The notes beneath the pieces were generated by a model. That model was not told the origin of the DNA, searched no databases, and worked only from the letters and a program-made list of their open reading frames with translations. Below are positions 38,930 to 53,627 of a stretch of DNA of 64,000 nucleotides, one piece after another (the first letter of the stretch is position 1; every line of letters begins with the position of its first letter). The stretch is from the NCBI GenBank assembly GCA_964016885.1, contig OZ024743.1, positions 245,520,001 to 245,584,000 on the forward strand, written 5' to 3'. Position numbers and translations under genes: made by a program. This DNA comes from Eledone cirrhosa. Its lineage: Eukaryota.

Positions 38930-41273
38930 ATGTTTCAGAAACTAAGACTAAGAAAGACCAAAAAGCCCAGTATTACAATGAAGCGTTAGCTAGAGCAGGA
39001 TATAGTGATCAAATTATGTACATCGATAATAATAGACAAACTAACCAAAATAACAACAATTTTAATTACGGTAACAACTTTAACAACTATAATAGAAAGA
39101 ATTACAATAATTCCAAAAACCAGAAAAGAAATAGAACTAGAAACATAATTTGGTTTGCCCCCCCCCCCCTTTCTCACTAAACATTAAAACCCACATCGCT
39201 AAACTATTTTTTAATGCTCTTGACAAACGATTCCCTAGAACACATAAGTATCACTCAATTTTCAATAGACATACTATAAAATTAACTTACTCGTCCACCA
39301 AAAATTTAGCGCAAAATATTAATAGAATAAATAATAGGAATCTAAAACCTAGCCAAAATACCGATAATAGCATAAACAATATTCAAGTAAACAACTGTAA
39401 CTGTAGAGGTAGATCTAAATGCCCGTTAAATAACAATTGCTTAGTTAAAAATATAATATACAACTGTAATGTTAAAACTGACTTAAATTCTTTTAATTAT
39501 GTTGGTTCCACCTCGACAGAATTTAAACTTCGCTATAATAATCACAAGAATTCTTTCACGGATCCAAACAAAAAATCTTCAACATCACTATCAGGCTTAC
39601 TCTGATAACGTTGGATATTCGATGGTTTGGAATATAGTCTCAAGAGGGATTCCTTTTAACTCCTCCTCTGAGACATGTGACCTCTGCGCGGAGGAGATAT
39701 TCTTTATACTGAAATCTAAAAATTCCCTTAATTTACGGACCAATTTATTCAGTTGCTGCAGACATAGATTGAACTCAACTTTTAAATATAAATATAAATT
39801 TAAAATGTAGTATATTTACTTAAGACTTTTAATTACTTTTTAATTATTTTTTAATTATTTTAGAAAACTTGGCGATAAATCTTTCGATTCCTCCAATTCT
39901 TTAAACCTTCTTCTTGAGTATATAATTAATAATGTAATTAAACTACCTTAAAATGGTGATGCTCCCAAATCTATTGAAAAAAATTTTTAAGCTAGATAAA
40001 CTTCTATAATAAATATAAGAGCATCTGTAGAACAACCGGGTATCCTAAAGTTTTTTTGAATGATTTCTGCTAAATAAGTTTGGTGAATAATTTTGGTTTT
40101 GTTTGCTTTCGATTCTGATTGCTTCTAATGAACTTGGCAATATATTGTCAAATAAATTGGAAGGATTGATTGATATGCGGGGCACACTGTGTTTCTTACG
40201 GCCCTAGATATTCTGGGGAGTGAAATATTCTTGGCGTTTTTAATATTTTAATATATTGATATCTGTTCTATTCTATGCTTGAACGATAATCATGTATGAG
40301 AGGGCAAGAATATTATTATTATTACTAATAATGTATATTTTATGTATATGTATGTACATATATATACGGTAAAATCTATTTTAACGCAATGAAGCTCTTC
40401 ATGTGAAATAAAAATTTACAGAGCTGTTCACGTAGGCTCACATATGTCTATAATGTCAATTTGAGATAACCTTCTCTTTTTCTTTCTCTTTTTTCTTTTT
40501 CTCTTTTTTCATGAAAATACATATATACTTATGTATTTCAGTATTTTTTTGAAGTTTTATCTCAGATTTTGATTGTAAACCTAAGAATTTTTAAACTAAA
40601 CATATAGTCATTATTTTTTCACACATTATTGATATGTGTCTCATTCATGAATATTGATATTTACATTATAATTCATAGGAATTGATAGACTGATGAAACA
40701 TAATATTTTAAAACTATCATTTTTATTTCTATGTATATCTCCTCTCCTCCTCCCTCTACTTTTGACGGGACTTATGTATCGGCTGTTTTAACTCTATCTC
40801 CTGTATCTCACCCCTCACCTATCTCTCCCACCTCGTATGATAGATGTTACTCGATCTACCTCTCCTTATTTATTTTTGTTTTTGTTTTTATTTCTCCCCG
40901 TATCCTTAACACTAAATAAATAAATAAATAATTACAGTACCCCCTTCCCTCATAAATCTCTCATTTGGTGTCTTTCTCTTTACATACATTTCTTCATCTT
41001 CTTCACCTTCCGCTCTTTCTTTTTTTCCTTCTTTTTCTTTTTTCTTTTTTCTCCGTCTTTCTTTCTAACCGTCCTTAACATTCTCACTACCATAACAACT
41101 TTTTAAATGGAAGTTGTAAAATTTCTCAAGGTATGTCAAATTTATTTATAAAACTGTTTATATATTGTATTTTGTCTGAAGAGGGCATACCATATTTTTA
41201 ATATGATATCCCTGAAATATATATAATGAAATAAATATGGTTTTATAAATGTAGTTTCCATTTGTTTAATATC

Positions 41274-41280
<7 letters not shown>
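38930..41280 (+). mobile_element. Naiad-type PLE 3' fragment with long AT-rich 3' region ending in an HHR
   Basis: PPPFSLNIKT, HKYHSIFNRHTIKLTYS, CNCRGRSKCPLNNNCL, YVGST, CDLC.EE and CRHR; frameshifted. Confidence 0.85.
41168..41233 (+). ncRNA. Minimal hammerhead (AT-rich PLE 3'-end family)
   Basis: tattttgt-CTGAAGA-ggg..catat/atatg..ccct-GAAA-tatata-TA-atgaaata. Confidence 0.75.
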
Positions 41281-41307
<27 letters not shown>

Positions 41308-41479
41308 GTAATAACTTGGTACAAATATCCAAGGCATAGAGCAACTCAAGTCGGTAGGGCGAGTTTTAATATATTATTATTAAGCTAAGTGTTATAATGA
41401 AGCCATACCAGAGATGCATGGCTATGGTATGGCTTCGCTGTAATACTGTCCTTAATAATAATAATTTCTAATTTTAGAG

Positions 41480-41645
41480 AGAGGGGAAAGTCGATTAAAT
41501 CGACCCCAGTGCATTACTGGTACTTTATTTTATAGACCCCGTAAGGTTAAAAGGCAAAGTTAATCTCGACAGGATTTGAACTCAGTTCGTAAAGAGCCGT
41601 CAACATTTTGTCCAACGCTCTACCGATGCTCCCAATTCCCCGCCC
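41480..41645 (-). mobile_element. tRNA-derived SINE (same family as 30885)
   Basis: tcgaccccagt..ctggtact..gacccc..aaggcaaagt..ggatttgaactcag. Confidence 0.75.
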
Positions 41646-41674
41646 TTAATAATGATTATTATATATATATATAT

Positions 41675-41709
<35 letters not shown>

Positions 41710-41711
<2 letters not shown>

Positions 41712-42083
41712 AGCAAACAACACAGTACAATGAAGGAATATATTAGTTTAATGATTGATATAGGAGGAAAGGTCTTAACATTGCGGACACTAGTCCTTCA
41801 TCAGAAGATAGAATGAGAAATAAAAGATGAAATAGAAGGATAGAGAATGAGAAAAGGAAGAAACGGAAAAACATTTTTTATTTTTATGAAAAACACGTGT
41901 GTATTCAGTCAGTCATTTTGGAGAATATATATATATCGTTTTTTCCGTTCTTCTTTTTCTCATTCTTTATCTTTCTATTTCATCTTTTGATGAAGGACTA
42001 GTGTCCGAAACGTTTAGAGATTTTTCTATTATTTCAAGCGTTAAACTAATATATTTCTGCATTTACTCTGCCGTTTGCTTTGT
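41710..42083. repeat. Diverged inverted pair, each arm with a singly mutated minimal hammerhead (41773-41808 minus; 41983-42020 plus)
   Basis: The minus copy is CTGATGA aggac-tagt-gtcc GCAA. The plus copy is TTGATGA aggac-tagt-gtcc GAAA cgtt TA. Confidence 0.7.
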
Positions 42084-42126
42084 TATTTCTGTTTACTTTT
42101 TCTGCGCGCACACACACACACACACA

Positions 42127-42158
<32 letters not shown>

Positions 42159-42493
42159 TTATTACTATGTAAACTGAAAAATTGATAAGCACCTTTAAGC
42201 AGTGTTCATGCCTAATAGAGCTTTCATCAAAAGGCATGTATATCATTTTAACAACCTCTAATTACCAGCATGTGCGCTTAGAATATGCAAATTAGTAAAC
42301 CCGTTTTAGGATACTATTATAAGACCCTAGATTACGTATTTGCTTGTGGTTGTTTATATGATATATACAACTTTCGATGACAGTCCAGCTAGTGTTTCTC
42401 GACCGTTATATCGCGTGACTGTCTCCCCCTCCGCCTTTTGGGATTCTTTCTCACGTCGTGTAGACGCGTTCTTGAGACTAGTAAAATGAGGTA

Positions 42494-42581
42494 TCCTCTT
42501 GATAAGTCGGCAGACCTCGCAAGGACTCTATATCTTTGATATATTGTTTTTGTTTATGCCACGAAACTACGTAGTCGAGGA
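42494..42581 (+). ncRNA. Hammerhead, U3-A8 variant with extended stem II
   Basis: tcctc-TTGATAA-gt.ggca...tgccac-GAAAC-tacgta-GTC-gagga. Confidence 0.8.
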
Positions 42582-43084
42582 ATTTAGGAACAGTTTAGGT
42601 ATGATACATTTTATTACTAATTATATCTAAATGTTTCTTCTCTCTTCATAATGTATTTTTAACTCTGATACTGGTTCAGTCTGGTTCAAACTGAATTGGT
42701 CTGTCCCAGTCATTCATTGAGCAACATCGGTGAAGTTGGCACCCTTAACTCACAGTTGGGTGCGGATGCATTCATGTATATATGTGTGTGTCCGCATGTA
42801 TCTGTGTGTTTCTAAATATATTAATAACTCCCTCTGGTCGAGCAATCTTTGAAGTGTGGGGACAACTGGAAAGCTTCCATTACTCATACTTCTCGCCTTC
42901 TTCACTACCTCTTCTACGGCCTCGATATGAATACCCCCTCCGCCTCCGTGGTATTTTCTTCGTGGTTATAAGAGGCTTAGCTCTGTTTCTCGACCGTTAT
43001 ATCGCGTGACTGTCTCCCCCTCCGCCTTTTGGGATTCTTTCTCACGTCGTGTAGACGCGTTCTTGAGACTAGTAAAATGAGGTA

Positions 43085-43172
43085 TCCTCTTGATAAGTCG
43101 GCAGACCTCGCAAGGACTCTATATCTTTGATATATTGTTTTTGTTTATGCCACGAAACTACGTAGTCGAGGA
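43085..43172 (+). ncRNA. Hammerhead, U3-A8 variant (second copy)
   Basis: Identical to 42494-42581. Confidence 0.8.
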
Positions 43173-43241
43173 ATTTAGGAACAGTTTAGGTATGATACAT
43201 TTTATTACTAATTATATCTAAATGTTTCTTCTCTCTTCATA

Positions 43242-43303
<62 letters not shown>

Positions 43304-43746
43304 TTTCTGAATTTGTTTAGCAAGTTTCTTTATCTGAAAACGTGTGTTGAAACCGATATTGTTATACTTTGGGAGGGTCATGTTGCCAATAAGAAACACA
43401 CGCACCAGTTGCTTTCACTTCAATTTATTATAATAAATTTATAAATTTAGGAATTCATAAATTTCCGGTTGGTTGGTTGATTCCACAACCAGATGATTGT
43501 TTATATATTGTCAAAGTTCTTTCGTCACACATTCTGTGACCTCTTCAGTGACTGGGGATTCTTTTCTTTGTTTTTGTGCCTCTCCTTTGTTCTGTCCTAC
43601 GCCATCTTGTTTTTGTGTGTGTGTTGTGTGCTTAGTTTGTGCATGTGTTACATCCGGTGTGTGCTTATATTTGTTTATTTATTTGTTTATTTACAAATTA
43701 CTGGTTGGTTGTTTGTTCTATGTGCGTGTGTGTTTTCATTTTGTCC

Positions 43747-44424
43747 TTAATTGTAAGTTGTGATGTTGCTGTTCCACTCATGTTTTCTATTTAATTTTGG
43801 TTGGAGTTCATTTATGTTTATTGCCTCTGTGATTTGTCTAAACATTGCGTCTTTTCTGTGTATAGATTCTATTTTTTGTTCTATGTTCTCTAATTTACCC
43901 TTATGTTCTATTTTAGCATGTTGGTAGAGTACAGATGATTCTTTACTATCTTGAAGGTCTCGCCAGTGTTCATTTATCCGTTCCCCTATACTACGAGCTG
44001 TCTCACCTAAGTACACTATATTTTTATCTCTACATTGTCCTTCAGTACATCTTATGCTATATACTACATTTCTAGTTTTACAGTTAATATGGGGGCTTAA
44101 TTTACAGATTATACATTTCTTATCTATACAGGGAGGTATTTGAAAAGGGTATATATTGCTAATAAGTGTTTTTATGGAGGTATCTGATCTTTCTACTATC
44201 GATCTTTCTACTATCTTAATATTGAGTTTATGTTTATCTAGGGCCCTTCTAAATTTGTAAGCTAATTCACCTCTAGGGGTTGTATCGATGAACATTACAA
44301 TCTGGTATTTATTGCTATCATACCATGAGTTTATTCTATTAGCCTTATTCCTAGTTCTTTCTATTCTATTCCAAAATTTGCTCATATACAAGGGGCTGGT
44401 CCCATTTGTGTCATTATTTCCCAT
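43747..44424 (-). mobile_element. PLE C-terminal fragment (Cys linker and GIY-YIG), non-Naiad type
   Basis: CIDKKCIICK, NVVYSIRC....C....YLGETARSIGERINEH and RQITEA.....PKLNRK.EW. Confidence 0.87.
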
Positions 44425-44560
44425 TTTTTCCCATTTGGTTCTAGCTCCTCCATAATAGACTAAATAAATTTAATAACCCCACTATCCGGGAGCTTCCAAC
44501 AGAAATGGTCGCATTCTTTAAGGGTATGTCAATATTTATTTATAAAACTGATCTATATTA

Positions 44561-44625
44561 TATTTTATCTAATGAAAGCGCACCATAATTTGACTTGGTG
44601 TCCTTGAAATATGTATAATGAAATA
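44561..44625 (+). ncRNA. Hammerhead remnant (core CTAATGA), AT-rich PLE 3'-end family
   Basis: Same flanks as 28560, with a G5A mutation. Confidence 0.65.
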
Positions 44626-44765
44626 AATATGGTTTTATAAATATAGTTTCCATTTGTTAATATATCGTATTTTTACTCCGATAATTTGTTGAGTGCTTAA
44701 ATATCAGTTATAAAAATATTTGCTTGTTGTATCCCAACAATTTAAATATAACTCCTACATATATG

Positions 44766-44877
<112 letters not shown>

Positions 44878-44896
44878 TATATGATATATATATATA

Positions 44897-44934
<38 letters not shown>

Positions 44935-45067
44935 TATATTATATATATATATATATCATATATTATATATATATATATATATCATATATTATATATATAT
45001 ATATATATCATATATTATATATATATATATATATATCATATATATATATATATATATATATTATATA

Positions 45068-45713
45068 CTAGCATTAAAGCCCGGCGTTGCTCGGGGTCAT
45101 TAAGTTACCAAAGTTAGGTTGCACCACCCATTTTATGGCAGCACTTTTTTGTCTGCCAGGCACTGGGTGAATGAATTGCAGACCTGGAAGCATGAGCTGC
45201 GCCAGCAGTGACAATTGTAGTTTCGCCTATGGATATTATCTCTGTGCAAAAAAGTGTTGAAATTTATTGTTTCACAGTACTTGCGCAACACGCGCGTAGA
45301 CGATGCCAGCCGAACAACAGAGTTGCGATGGAGTTGTTCTGCATGGTAGTCTGTGTGTTTTCTAAATTTAAGACAGTAGGGAGTGGTGTGGGGAGGGGTG
45401 TGATATGGGCGAGAGTTAGCTGCTGTTTCTAGCAGGTTTAGTAACCTCATAGAGGATATGTGTTTTCTAAATTTAAGACAGTAGGGAGTGGTGTGAACGG
45501 ACAGTATCACCATCAAGCTTGGAAAGAGAAAGTAGCAGAAAGAATGAAGTTGTATAGATTTTGAATGGTAGTAGAAAGAGTTCAGCAGTTTAAATGAGAG
45601 AGAAAAATCGTAAAAAGCTATTTCGAAAACTGAATTGTAAATTTCAATTGAAGAAATTCTATATCTTAGATTTCTATAACGAAGGAGCATGACCATACAC
45701 TGAGCTTTATAGA
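45068..45713 (-). mobile_element. Non-autonomous Helitron
   Basis: Minus strand reads A|TCTATAAAG ... cccg-agcaacgc-cggg ... CTAG|T. Confidence 0.8.
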
Positions 45714-45741
45714 TTATGATGATATATATATATATATATAT

Positions 45742-45897
<156 letters not shown>

Positions 45898-45961
45898 ATA
45901 TATATATATGATATATATATATATATTATATATATATATATATAATATATATATATGATAT

Positions 45962-46044
<83 letters not shown>

Positions 46045-46063
46045 TATATATATAATATATCAT

Positions 46064-46098
<35 letters not shown>

Positions 46099-46235
46099 GA
46101 TATATATATATGATATATATATATATATATATGATATATATATATGATATATATATATGATATATATATATATCATATATATATATATCATATATACATA
46201 TATATGTATATATATATTATATATATATATATATC

Positions 46236-46358
<123 letters not shown>

Positions 46359-46638
46359 TATATACATCAATGAAATCATATCCGCTCTCTTGCTCTGGAA
46401 CCCTGACTCCAGCCTGACTAGGAGTCATTCCCTGACGTTATCTCTAGGGATACGGGAATCAGTAGACAGGACCCGGGGGCAGCGGTGGGGGACAGGGAAT
46501 TCTGGGGCATGAAAGTGAGATCCATCATCTCGACAGTAGTCGACGAGTGATGATGATGATATATATATATATATCATATATTTATATATATATATATATA
46601 TCATATATATATATATATATGATATATATATATATGAT

Positions 46639-46735
<97 letters not shown>

Positions 46736-46750
46736 TATATATATATCATA

Positions 46751-46903
<153 letters not shown>

Positions 46904-46914
46904 AACATAGATTT

Positions 46915-48092
46915 TACATGTGGCCGGTGCTCTGGTGCAATAAGTAGCAGCAAGTGCCCACAAAATACTAGCTCCTTCAACTGCGCAGAGGGTTCTATAG
47001 AAATAGTGGACAGCTTCCGTTACCTGGGTGACAAAATCAGCAGTGGGGGAGGGTGCTCTGAAAGTACAGTAGCTAGAGTCAGAACTGGATGGAAAAAGTT
47101 CAGAGAGCTTATACCCCTATTAGCCGCTAGAGGGTTCTCCCTAAAAATGAAAGGCAGGTTATACGATGCCTGCATACGAACAGCAATGCTGCATGGCAGT
47201 GAGACCTGGGCATTGTGTGCAGAGGATATACGCAGACTAGAGAGGAACGAAGCTTGCATGCTCCGCTGGATGTGCAATAGTAATATACGTGAACGGCAAA
47301 GCATAAACGAACTAAGGAAAAAATTAGAAATAAGAGGGATCAGATGTTCTTTACTCGAGAGAAGGCTACGTTGGTACGGTCACGTGATGCGCATGAAAGA
47401 CGACAGCTGTATAACAAAGTGCAGGGCAATAAAGATAGACGGTAGCCACGGAGTAGGCAGACCCAGAAAAACATGGGACGAGCTGATAAATTCCGACCTC
47501 ACACGCTTACACCTCTCCAAGACAATGTCACTGGACCGAGACCTTTGGCGGTACTCAGTAATAGAGAAGACCCGCCTTACCTAAATACAAAGTAAAAACC
47601 TACTACAGTCAGTAGGCATCTCTATCAACCCCCCCCCCCGTCCCACCACCTCCACCTCATCCACACCGCCCCTTTCAATGTAAAGTTATGTTGGTCCCAC
47701 AACATCCAGGCCGAAACAAATGAGATCGTGTAGGTGTCACGACAAAAAAACACACAGTCCACGCTGTAAATGTGGCCGTGTAGGCAACACGGTAAAAACC
47801 TCCCAGCCCCACACTGTAAATGTGGTTGGTGTTAGGAAGGGCATCCAGCTGTAGAAAACCCGCCAGACAGTCCACGCTGTAATGTGGCCGTGTAGGCAAC
47901 ACGGTAAAAACCTCCCAGCCCCACACTGTAAATGTGGTTGGTGTTAGGAAGGGCATCCAACTGTAGAAAACCCGCCAGACAGTCCTATGCGAGCAAGACA
48001 ACCACTCTTGCCTCAAGTGGGAAAACCCCCGTCCAAACCCATGCAAGCGTGGAACACGGACGCTAAACCTGATGATGATGATGATGATGATG
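46915..48092 (+). mobile_element. RTE-clade LINE 3' part, with a 3' region containing a ~115-bp duplication and (GAT)n tail
   Basis: ORF 47006-47584 contains [26 protein letters not shown] and GRPRKTW. Confidence 0.88.
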
Positions 48093-48259
48093 ATATATAT
48101 ATATATATATATATATATCATATATATATATATGATATATATGATGTATATATGATATATATATATATATATATATCATATATATATATATATATTATAT
48201 ATATATATATCATATATACATCATATATATATATATCATATATTTATATATATATATAT

Positions 48260-49004
48260 ATTAATAAGGTAATGAATTCTTTTACAATGGAATCAGCTCG
48301 AAGGAGGAAAATTCCCCCTGAGCAGTGTATAAATTAATATGTATGTGATGAAACACAGATACCAACACATCTGTATATATATTGCAAAAGAAAAATTTAG
48401 CCAGATTGAAGTATACTAATTATTATACTACAGTTTGTCCATATCGATTTAAAATAATAAATCAACGAAGACGAACTGTATTGCCAAGAGGCCGTGATGT
48501 TTAGACACATTTAAATTTCAAAATCAAACCTGTTCCGTAGATAAGTTTAAACTTTAAGATCCAAATATGTTTCGAGTTAAATAAGTGTAGGAATATCATG
48601 TCCTGCTCTCCTCAGTAAACATCCAGAGACAAATTGATATGCTTCACTTCTAAATAATTTAAAAGACTGCGTGACGCACATGGTTTTACAGTATCTAACT
48701 AGTCTCATAACCGTACTGCTAGAAATAACAGTCGTATATATGAGGCGGCTTGCAGCTCAAACTAGGAGCAGTTAAAATTAATAAGGTAATGAATTCTTTT
48801 ACAATGGAATCAGCTCGAAGGAGGAAAATGCCCCCTGAGCAGTGTATAAATTAATATGTATGTGATGAAACACAGATACCAACACATCTGTATATATATT
48901 GCTAAAGAAAAATTTAGCCAGATTGAAGTATACTCTGGCTAAATTTTTCTTTTGCAATATATATACAGATGTGTTGGTATCTGTGTTTCATCACATACAT
49001 ATTA

Positions 49005-49010
<6 letters not shown>
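48260..49010 (-). mobile_element. Retrozyme-like ~518-bp unit with ~155-bp direct repeat and terminal fold-back, in (TA)n
   Basis: 48260-48417 is repeated at 48778-48934. 48935-49010 is an inverted copy of ~48845-48922. Confidence 0.82.
48545..48620 (-). ncRNA. Type I hammerhead
   Basis: gttta-CTGAGGA-gag...ctc-GAAAC...GTT-taaac. Confidence 0.7.
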
Positions 49011-49073
<63 letters not shown>

Positions 49074-49081
49074 CATATATT

Positions 49082-49453
<372 letters not shown>

Positions 49454-49465
49454 TATATTTATATA

Positions 49466-49575
<110 letters not shown>

Positions 49576-49590
49576 TATATATATATATAT

Positions 49591-49703
<113 letters not shown>

Positions 49704-49714
49704 ATATATGATAT

Positions 49715-51295
49715 CTGTCGAAAAGGTGCGAAACGTGTCCTCCATTGATCGTTGTTCTGAATATCTGAGGTATTCAGCACAGTGCGCGTGCGCGTGAAAT
49801 GGGGTCGGTCAAGCAGAGGTCGGCGGCCGAAATAGTTCTTTCAATTGTGGAGTGGGGGTGGCGTTAGCTGTCAGGTCCATTGTATTATCTGCCCTGTTGA
49901 ATAGTGTGTGGTTGTGATAGTAGTTACTGTGTGTATGTGTGTGTGTGTGTGTGTGTTGTTGCCTCGTTCGTCTGTATTAGCAGTGTAGTATGTTCGTATG
50001 GTGGAATGCTACTGTGTGTGTTGTGCGTGTGTTGCTGTCTCGCTTGTGTGTGTGTGTGTGTGTGGGTGTGTTGTTGCATCGTTTGTTTACTTAAACCAAC
50101 CACCTCATTTCGCTTCTCTCGGATCGGTTATTTATTTGTGGCCCTAGGCGTTTGATCCAAACTGCTTCCTTGATTCGTAATGTGCCGACGTTTCTTTCTG
50201 TCGCTAGAATTGTGACAATGGCCTTCCGTCTTTGTTTCCGCATTTGGTTATGTGTTTCCGGAAAGACGAGGCCCTGGTGTTAATGTGTTCCTTGATCCGG
50301 ATGTGTAGCGGCCGGATTGTGCTACCTATATAGTAGTGGTTGCACTTGTTACATTCTATCTTATACACGACATATGTGCGTAGGCAACAGTTTGTATGGC
50401 GCATCGGGCAGTTTCTGAGGGAGCATGCGTCAGTAGATTTTTCGGGTTTCCTGGAGAGGCATCTTCGCAGGGAGGGGCCCGAGTGGGCCTGGTGGATGTC
50501 GAGGCCCTCCCTCCGTATAGCCTTGCGGATAGCGTTGGTGGTATTCTCGCCCAGGTGTGGTATTTTAAGGAAGCACTTGCCTTGGATGTTTCTCTGCCTC
50601 TTGTGTCTGGTGTCTCTTATTCTGTTTGTGAGTGAGGCAGGGTACCTGTTCGTCTCCAGCACCTCGAGGAATCGCTTGGTATGAGCGACACCACTCGCGG
50701 GATCGCTGCATCTGTTTTTAATTCGCATGATCTCGTTCGTGATGTATCCTCTTTTAGCACTGTTGGGGAGGGCGGACTTGTAATGGATGAACAGGTCCCT
50801 GCAGGCTGCCTTTCGGTAGAAGTTGTAGTGGATCCCTCCCTGTTCCGTGATGTTGATTCGGAAGTCGAGGAGGGCAAGTGACCCGTCGTCGCTGGGGTGT
50901 TCAACACTGAAATCGATGATCTTGTCCGTGTTGTTGAACGTCTCAGATTATGTTCGCCATATCTTGGGGAATGTGAGGATGAGGATATCGTCCACGTACC
51001 TTGAGAAAAAGGCGACGGCGTTGGGGTGGCAGGTGTTGAGTGCTTTGCGCTCGAAGCTGTCCATGTATGAGATCGCTAGCACACCCGACAGGCTTGAGCC
51101 CATGGGCAGTCCCGAGGTTTGCTGGTATGGACTGACAGCTAACGCCACCGCACTCCCACAATTGAAAGAACTATTTCGGCCGCCGCCCTCTGCTTGACCG
51201 ACCCCATTTCACGCGCACGCGCGCTCTGCCGAGTACTTCAGATATTCAAAACAACGATCAGGGGAGGACACGTTTCGCACCTTTCCGTCAGACAG
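49715..51295 (-). mobile_element. Penelope/Poseidon-type PLE, 5'-truncated, with ~160-bp inverted terminal copy
   Basis: QTSGLPMGSSLS..RYVDDI and VVYKIECNKC...YIGST.RPL..RIKEH. 49715-49874 is inverted at 51132-51290. Confidence 0.88.
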
Positions 51296-51605
51296 CCCCC
51301 CCCCCCCCCCCCCCCCGGAACCCCCACCCCCACCCAGTTGATGGATGTGAATCCGAAATATATAGGGACAATTAAATCTCTCCCAAGGTAACTCTATCTC
51401 GTGTTATTATTTTTATCCTTAACGCTCTTTCCTACATTCTTCTACACGCTACACATCTCAACTTACATTCACTTACATATCTCTCTCTCCACCACCGGAT
51501 CTTGTTACCTGGAGATTTACCCATCTGCATTGTTGAGGCTTCCAAAACGACCTAAAAAAATATACCTTTTTATTTCACAATGCTTCAAGCAAACTTTTAT
51601 ACTCT

Positions 51606-51656
<51 letters not shown>

Positions 51657-51690
51657 AGATTTGAATGGATACAGTTTAGTTGAAAGGAAT

Positions 51691-51807
51691 TTATTGACAC
51701 GTGTTTCTATAACAGTTACATAACCTAAAACAGCTATCTACAAACTTTTAGTTATGCAGACATTCAATATTTCAATGTTATTATTTACTGTCATTTCATC
51801 AGAATAA
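51691..51807 (-). ncRNA. Hammerhead with long stem II insertion (inverted copy)
   Basis: Reverse complement of 54212-54328. Confidence 0.75.
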
Positions 51808-52391
51808 TATTACTGAGGACCTATTTAGTTTTTATAGAGAATATTAGGAGGAAGGGGTGAAGTTGTTAGAAGAATAGTTGAAGGAGTGGTTTTTCGATAG
51901 CAGTGAGAATTCTTGGTGGCAGTGAGTAATTAGATTCCCATCTGTTGTTTTGACATTTTTTATAGAATATATTATTGGTTATTTTTCTAAATCTATAGAA
52001 GGATTAGAGATAGTAAAGATATGCGTGGTTGGTTTTGTGTTTGCACTTAACATTCAGACTTAAATTTTTCTTTCAAGTGTACGTATTCTTTCACCCACGC
52101 ATTCACACACAAATATATTTGCACACCTCTACAAAATACATATGCTCACAATTCACATATTCATACTTACATATATATACACATGCATACACATATATAT
52201 ACACACATGTATTCATGTACATACATACGCGCTCATGTGTATACATTTTCATACTCAACTTATCTTTATATATACACACGTATAGACACACACATATATA
52301 CATACATACTCTAGTCCATGTGTACACACATACACATACATACACATCCATATACACATACATACATACATATATATATATACATATATAC

Positions 52392-52422
<31 letters not shown>

Positions 52423-52429
52423 CACATAC

Positions 52430-52482
<53 letters not shown>

Positions 52483-53536
52483 AGCACTTTAATACATGAA
52501 TACACTTACATCTAACTATACACATCAAACATATATATATATTTACTTATTTATATACATTTTCACATATATATACATACTTATGGACGTTTTTAGACAC
52601 ATCACACAAATACCACAAAATCCTAAACCCTACCACTATAAGACTGTCATACTCTACAGCGTTAAACCTTGAACAACACATAAAAAAGATCAATACTAGA
52701 AGGTTAAACGAAAACACTAAGAACTTAAGTACAAAGAACCCCCAAAAAACAGTAGACAATACACTACAGAACATAAATAAACCACACCTAAGTTCGTCCG
52801 CAATACTACTCCAGAGAAAACCCAACGTACACAACTGTAACTGCACCTATCCTGACAACTGCCCCCTCGGCAATAACTGCCTGGAAAAAAAAATATTATT
52901 TATAAGTGTACCATTAAATCCGGAGGCAACGAGTGGTATTACGTGGGATCAACGGCAACATCGTTTAAATCTCGATTGTATAGGCATTCTTACTCAATAA
53001 AACACCAGAGCCAAAGAAATGTAACAACTTTAGCAGAGAAAGCTTGGACGCTCAGGGATAGCAATCAAAAGTTTACCCTAAAATGGGAAAAATTAGCTAA
53101 AACCCAAAGCTTTTCCAGGAGCCAAAATTTCTGCAAATTGTGTAATCTTGAGATTTATTACATAATCACACACAAGAAGAAACTGCTGAATAACAGAATT
53201 GAACGAACATTATTCTGCCGTCACAGAACTAAAACCCTTTTTTCCCACTACAAGCCGAATATTACATAAAAGAGGGACATCCCCCAACTATATAAACCTT
53301 AATCTAGTTAGAAAAATATAAAAACAATTTCTTCTCAACATATATTAATAACCTTAAATTACCATACTAATAATGAAAAGATATGCTGATGAGAATAGGT
53401 ACAAATATGCGATAATGAATGTGTCTAAAAACGTCCATAAGTATGTATATATATGTGAAAATGTATATAAATAAGTAAATATATATATGTTTGATGTGTA
53501 TAGTTAGATGTAAGTGTATTCATGTATTAAAGTGCG

Positions 53537-53587
<51 letters not shown>

Positions 53588-53594
53588 GTATGTG

Positions 53595-53627
<33 letters not shown>

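Larger units (their letters stand above)
42393..43246 (+). mobile_element. Retrozyme-like 591-bp unit with ~260-bp direct repeat
   Basis: 42393-42655 is repeated at 42984-43246. The unit ends in (TA)n. Confidence 0.85.

Noticed and set aside
45133-45696. 187-aa ORF as a captured gene in the Helitron
   Set aside because: No recognisable motif. It includes an internal DNA duplication and is probably spurious.
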